The notes below the pieces were generated by a model. The model was not told the origin of the DNA. It made no database searches and was given only the letters and a program-made list of their open reading frames with translations. From Candidatus Latescibacterota bacterium (GTDB taxonomy: Bacteria > Latescibacterota > UBA2968): a stretch of DNA of 64,000 nucleotides. The DNA is taken from positions 1,664,001 through 1,728,000 of the forward strand of contig OZ242320.1 in NCBI GenBank assembly GCA_965208125.1, in the 5' to 3' direction. The translations under genes and the position numbers were made by a program. Below are positions 59,975 to 64,000 of this stretch, piece after piece (position 1 is the first letter of the stretch; each line of letters opens with the position of its first letter).

Positions 59975-61753
59975 CTATTCTCCCCAATCGAGGCGATCAT
60001 TTTTCTCTCGTGTTCGGTGCAATTCTGTTCGGCGCGTTCGTATCGCCCCTGCTTGATCAATCTCTTTTCCCAGCGTCAAGAGATGTGACTGGCGAAGCCA
60101 CCAAAAGGCTTCAAATAATGGTCGGCGAGATGAGGCACCGCGCTCTAAATTCGGCTTGTTGCGGTTGAGATGCCGGATTTGTCTGTGCGCTCTTTTTGCA
60201 AATTCGCGGACATTTTTATCGGGATCGTTTTTAGACAGCCAAAACAATGTTCTATGCGCTCGCCCACCGGGATTCACGCGCAAAGCTGTCAATGCCTGCA
60301 CATAACACTGCCGCCACGTCCGGCGCGGTTCAACAAATTCTTCATCTGCGTCATCAGACACGTTACTCTTTGTCCGGGTGTCAGTTTTTTTTGTCTTAAG
60401 CCGTTCAAGACAAAATTTGGCAAACTCTTCGCGCAAGCCCTGTAAGTGCGGATCTCTATCCAGTTCATCCCGAAGATTCTGAGGATACATAGAGATTCCG
60501 ATCCAGGAAGGGATTCGACTATACGGATGAGGGGGAGGCTCTCTATCTGATTCTGGCCAGTAGCGAAGATCCGAGGCAACGGCTGGCACAGTCATCTCTG
60601 TGAAAGCAAGCAATAAGGACTTCAAACATCGCCACGGGGCGGCAAAGATGCACAACACTTCAAAAGCCTTATCGTAAAAATCATCAACGTCCTCACCTGT
60701 CGAATCCTCACGCGCAAAGTCCTCGGGCGTCTCTCGCAACACTTTCCGCAACATGCCCATGTGTTTCGCAGCACTTGCGACCAGCCGATCTCTCAGCTCA
60801 TCAGACAGACCAGACGCCAAACCACCCATACCGCTATAGTAAATCGTCACAGATAACCGCCACCAGGCTTTGAGCAAAGATGCGCGTTCTCGGCTTAACT
60901 CGGGCTGTTTCTCATCCAGAAGTTCCATGAAGGGAATTAACTCATCTGCAACAATTCGCCATCCGTCACCCACGGGATTCAAACGTTCCGTACCCAATGC
61001 AAAGCCAGTATTCATAGCATATCCAATGGCATGCAAAAGGCCGAGAATTTTGTCGCCCAAAACGTCTCCAGAAAAATCAGAAAACGCTTGTAGCAGGGTG
61101 TCCAACCTGATGATGTCACAACGCTCTGCGTTATCCCGGAATCGCCAGATTAACCAAAATTCAATCTGTTCAGGATCTCCAAAATCATTTTTGGACCATT
61201 CTTTTCGCTGAATCGGATTCAACAACTCGAAATTGGCGACCTGGCCTAAAGGCACGCCTTCTGGAAAGAGAAATGGAATCAGGTCAAAGAATCGGTACTC
61301 GTCCCAAATTTCAATGAGCTTGTGCAAATCCAAACTTTTCACACAAAAATCCGCATGCCTTTGGAACGCACCAACCCACTCGGGAATGACCTCATTTGGT
61401 ATATCGAGCTTTTCGTTGGGCCCACTCTTTTCACCGTGATAAATAGGTCCAAAGCCAAGCAGAAAGCTAAAAAGCAGTGCCAGACGGAGTTGCCGATCCT
61501 TCTCGGTTTGATCTGGTTCTCCTAACTTTTCCACAATGTCAGGTAGGTCACGCTCAAAATAACTCGCAAACTCGTCTTTGAATACAGCATCCCCACTGGT
61601 ATCACCAAAACAGTCTGGACGTTCAAAAACGCGAATGAGCCATTCCTGGTCATCACGGGAAAAACCAGCGTCCTGAAGGCACTGTTTTACAGAAGATACT
61701 TCTGAATCATCAGGGAAAACAAGGCCAGAACGGCCATCTTCAGCTTCGCTCAT
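59975..61753 (-). CDS. Hypothetical alpha-helical protein with a HEAT-like C-terminus
   Basis: 592 aa with SD AGGAG; C-terminal WRQCYVQALTAL...NDPDKNVREFAKRA...FEAFWWLRQSH. Confidence 0.75.
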   Translation of the reverse strand: MSEAEDGRSGLVFPDDSEVSSVKQCLQDAGFSRDDQEWLIRVFERPDCFGDTSGDAVFKDEFASYFERDLPDIVEKLGEPDQTEKDRQLRLALLFSFLLGFGPIYHGEKSGPNEKLDIPNEVIPEWVGAFQRHADFCVKSLDLHKLIEIWDEYRFFDLIPFLFPEGVPLGQVANFELLNPIQRKEWSKNDFGDPEQIEFWLIWRFRDNAERCDIIRLDTLLQAFSDFSGDVLGDKILGLLHAIGYAMNTGFALGTERLNPVGDGWRIVADELIPFMELLDEKQPELSRERASLLKAWWRLSVTIYYSGMGGLASGLSDELRDRLVASAAKHMGMLRKVLRETPEDFAREDSTGEDVDDFYDKAFEVLCIFAAPWRCLKSLLLAFTEMTVPAVASDLRYWPESDREPPPHPYSRIPSWIGISMYPQNLRDELDRDPHLQGLREEFAKFCLERLKTKKTDTRTKSNVSDDADEEFVEPRRTWRQCYVQALTALRVNPGGRAHRTLFWLSKNDPDKNVREFAKRAHRQIRHLNRNKPNLERGASSRRPLFEAFWWLRQSHLLTLGKEIDQAGAIRTRRTELHRTREKNDRLDWGE

Positions 61754-61909
61754 ACCAACTCCTGTTAAGCATCAAGCCATATCCTTTTGGCGCAATCAAC
61801 TCAGGATTTTGCGATCCTGTTTCAGATTGTGAACCCGCAGGATTCCCGACTGAAGAAGTATCGAGATCGGAAGAGATGCAAATTGCATCAAAGCACGAGG
61901 TTCAACGAA

Positions 61910-61938
61910 AGAATATTCAATTTGTTCAGATGTGTCAA
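61910..61938 (-). promoter_or_regulatory. sigma70-type promoter of the 592-aa / peptide / beta-CASP unit
   Basis: Minus strand reads TTGACA(61938-33)-17 nt-TATTCT(61915-10). Confidence 0.6.
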
Positions 61939-62203
61939 CCCCAAATTTGGAAAACTCGGTCTAATCCTATTGTGTTCTTATCCACATTCTTATGATGTAA
62001 AAATCTCCGTTAAACCCCACCTTTTGTGAGTGATTAGATTACAACCCGCCCTCCATGTCCTTTCCGATTACAAAACCCCGCGTTATTCGTTTCAGAGGGC
62101 GCACTCTTATTGATGGTGTGCCCGCCCGCAGGTCTTCAAACGATATGCGACACCCCACAGCGCAAGTCCAAGACAAGCGCCGCTTCGGGGGAGCATCAGT
62201 TTT

Positions 62204-62935
62204 TTGCCGTCTGGGGCGTTGCTTTCGGTTGCTCGGTTCGGCCGTTGGGTGGGGCGTTCTCGTCCTCTTTGGTCCGGTGGGGCGTTGGGCGTTGATAGTG
62301 CTGCGTCTGCTGGGGCGTTGGCGCAGGGTGGTCAGGTGTGCTGGTGGTTGCCGGCTGGGTTTGGCGAGTTGGCCGCTGGGTCTTCGTCGCCTGTTGTTCG
62401 TGGTCCGGGTGGGGTCTTTCCGGTTTCGGCGCCCCGTCAGTTGGCGCGTTCTGTTCGGTGTGTTGCCTGGTCGGGTGGGCCGTCTTCCGCTTCTGTGCCT
62501 TTCAGCGAGCGGTTGTTCCAGCGGTCTGTGTCGCTTCTTCTCTCGCTTCGTGGTGCGGGTGGTGGGTCTGTGGTCTGCTTCACCTCTCAGGTTGCTCTTT
62601 CGGCTCGGCGTGGGGGGTCCTATTTCACTGTCCGTCGTGCGTTGCGCCTTGGGTTCCGGCCCGGTGTGTCGCTGTTTGTCGTGCTTGTTGGGGAGCCTGC
62701 TGGCTTTCAGCTTTTGTCGCCGGGGGCTGTGGTGTCCGCCTTTTCTGCTCCCTCTTCCTCTCAGCAGTCTCTCTTCACTCCCGAGCAGCTTGTGGGTGCG
62801 CGTCCGTCTCTCTTCCCGCCGGTGTCTCCTTCTGGGTCTCGTCGCGATCCGCATGGCGAGCGGTTTGATTCTCAGTCCGTGTGTGGGCCGTTGTCTCAGT
62901 CCTTCTGGCTCGGTTTCCGGTTCCGGTCTGGTTAG
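62204..62935 (+). CDS. SLOG/DprA-like Rossmann-fold protein encoded by an adenine-depleted gene (possibly 5'-truncated)
   Basis: WSGGALGVDSAASAGAL and GGSYFTVRRALRLG match the DprA/SLOG motifs SGxAxGxDxxAHxxAL and GSxxTAxxAxxxG. All A residues fall at codon positions 1 or 2 in this frame. Confidence 0.65.
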   Translation: MPSGALLSVARFGRWVGRSRPLWSGGALGVDSAASAGALAQGGQVCWWLPAGFGELAAGSSSPVVRGPGGVFPVSAPRQLARSVRCVAWSGGPSSASVPFSERLFQRSVSLLLSLRGAGGGSVVCFTSQVALSARRGGSYFTVRRALRLGFRPGVSLFVVLVGEPAGFQLLSPGAVVSAFSAPSSSQQSLFTPEQLVGARPSLFPPVSPSGSRRDPHGERFDSQSVCGPLSQSFWLGFRFRSG

Positions 62936-62979
62936 GGTTTCTGGCCCTTCGTCCGCGGTCCATTAGATAGAAGTTTGAT

Positions 62980-63180
62980 TTGACCACTTTAAATTTGGCG
63001 AAATCTGAATGCCTCAACGCACAAAAAGGGATGCCTCGCGCCTCTGGTCTATGGGCCGTGTGAAAATCCTCGCGTTCAATCAACATTATCTGAACCGAAT
63101 TATTCGCATCTTCGGATTGGACGAGACTTGCATCAAAAAACGACACGAATATCAAATGCTTAAGGATTATGGCGCGCCGT
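62980..63180 (+). pseudogene. Frameshifted C-terminal remnant of a DDE-type transposase
   Basis: LTTLNLAKSE in one frame, then SMGRVKILAFNQHYLNRIIRIFGLDETCIK...YQMLKDYG in another; resembles from memory the C-terminus of an IS4-like transposase group. Confidence 0.45.
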
Positions 63181-63218
63181 TTAATTCTGTTCACTCTAAC
63201 GATATGGCTGGCGACATG

Positions 63219-63998
63219 CTAATGAATATGAGGTTGCAATAGCCCATGGTGGTCAATCTCGCATTCTACGATGGGCGGTGGCGTTCCATACGAACTCGGC
63301 ACCAGTCTCTTTCCGGCACCTCGGCGTTTGAGACTCGACAGGCCGTCCATGGTGATTGTAGCCCGGCCACCGGTTGCTTCGTAAAAATTGTAAATCTCGT
63401 CGTTTTGATCATAACCCGCATGGCTCATAAAGGATACGTCTTCGCTCAGTATATCCAGCGTTCTTGTATCTGTCGGATAGTCCCCACTAATTAGCAGAAT
63501 AACGGCTGCACGAAAATTCTTCTGCGATTGCGTATGATCGGGAATGCGGGGGCCATGCTCGGCGATAATGTCCTCGATAGTATATGTCTTGACTCGATTT
63601 GCGGTGAAAGACTTAGCATCCCAAAAGCCGTCTTTGTCGAGCACTGCTTTACCGTCCTCCGCAACCCAGATATCCGGGACTTCTTCTGGTGGTATCAATC
63701 CCGCAAGATACAATTCTATCGGACTGTAGGGTATGTAGTTGCCTGCCCATCCGCCGTTAGAGAAGCCATCGTAGCTCGGTACATTGCCAATGGCACTGTA
63801 CCGCCCGTCTCCGTGATCCACAAGGGTGGCGATGTCAAATCCACCAAGGATGCCGTTGGCACTGTTCCATGTCCAATGGGCCTTGGGCTCAATGATGAAG
63901 TTTGCCCAGCGATGCATCACCTCATGCAGAAAAGGTCCGGAATACAATGTGGTACGGGGTTCCGGAAAACGGGTACTACCAGGGGACAGGTGGAAGCT
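63219..63998 (-). CDS. Zinc metallopeptidase-like protein (HExxH), C-terminal part; 5' end beyond the window
   Basis: PFLHEVMHRWAN...AHW...YSPIELYLAGLIP; the frame stays open to the window edge. Confidence 0.7.
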   Translation of the reverse strand, partial: SFHLSPGSTRFPEPRTTLYSGPFLHEVMHRWANFIIEPKAHWTWNSANGILGGFDIATLVDHGDGRYSAIGNVPSYDGFSNGGWAGNYIPYSPIELYLAGLIPPEEVPDIWVAEDGKAVLDKDGFWDAKSFTANRVKTYTIEDIIAEHGPRIPDHTQSQKNFRAAVILLISGDYPTDTRTLDILSEDVSFMSHAGYDQNDEIYNFYEATGGRATITMDGLSSLKRRGAGKRLVPSSYGTPPPIVECEIDHHGLLQPHIH

Positions 63999-64000
63999 AT

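Noticed and set aside
62201-62960. A-depletion as a product of DGR mutagenesis
   Set aside because: No RT, Avd or template repeat is present in the window, and the length and codon-position pattern fit selection better. A trans-acting element elsewhere cannot be excluded.
62039-62966. Alternative overlapping ORFs (62039..62854 -, 62055..62966 +, 62338..62868 +)
   Set aside because: They stay open only because the A-poor strand rarely forms stop codons. Only the 62204 frame has recognisable motifs and confines A to codon positions 1-2.

Overview
Bacterial chromosomal window. Its mix of a giant Calx-beta autotransporter, several PhyH dioxygenases and many TA loci resembles host-associated or sponge-symbiont lineages, but that taxonomy is only an inference. 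From left to right: the 5' part of an IS200/IS605 tnpB element and a vapBC pair; housekeeping and metabolic genes (enolase-family dehydratase, an ECF sigma / anti-sigma / apparently inactive HtrA operon, acs); a defence-type island at about 9.3-17.6 kb (Septu-like ATPase plus HNH nuclease, sacsin-like GHKL ATPase with a DUF3883-type nuclease, XRE/DUF4258 pair, vapBC); bioA-bioD; a 26.5-kb gene for an 8,800-aa repetitive Calx-beta autotransporter with a C12 tract in its leader; more metabolic genes; and a decayed island at about 55.05-63.2 kb bounded by integrase and transposase remnants. The two most striking observations are in that last island. (1) A 732-nt SLOG/DprA-like gene is almost free of adenine: 27 A in 760 nt by manual count, and none at third codon positions. 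(2) A promoter-to-terminator unit encodes a 592-aa helical protein, a 50-aa Gly-rich micropeptide, a multi-stem intergenic RNA structure and a beta-CASP RNase. All family calls come from motif recognition by eye; no searches were run.
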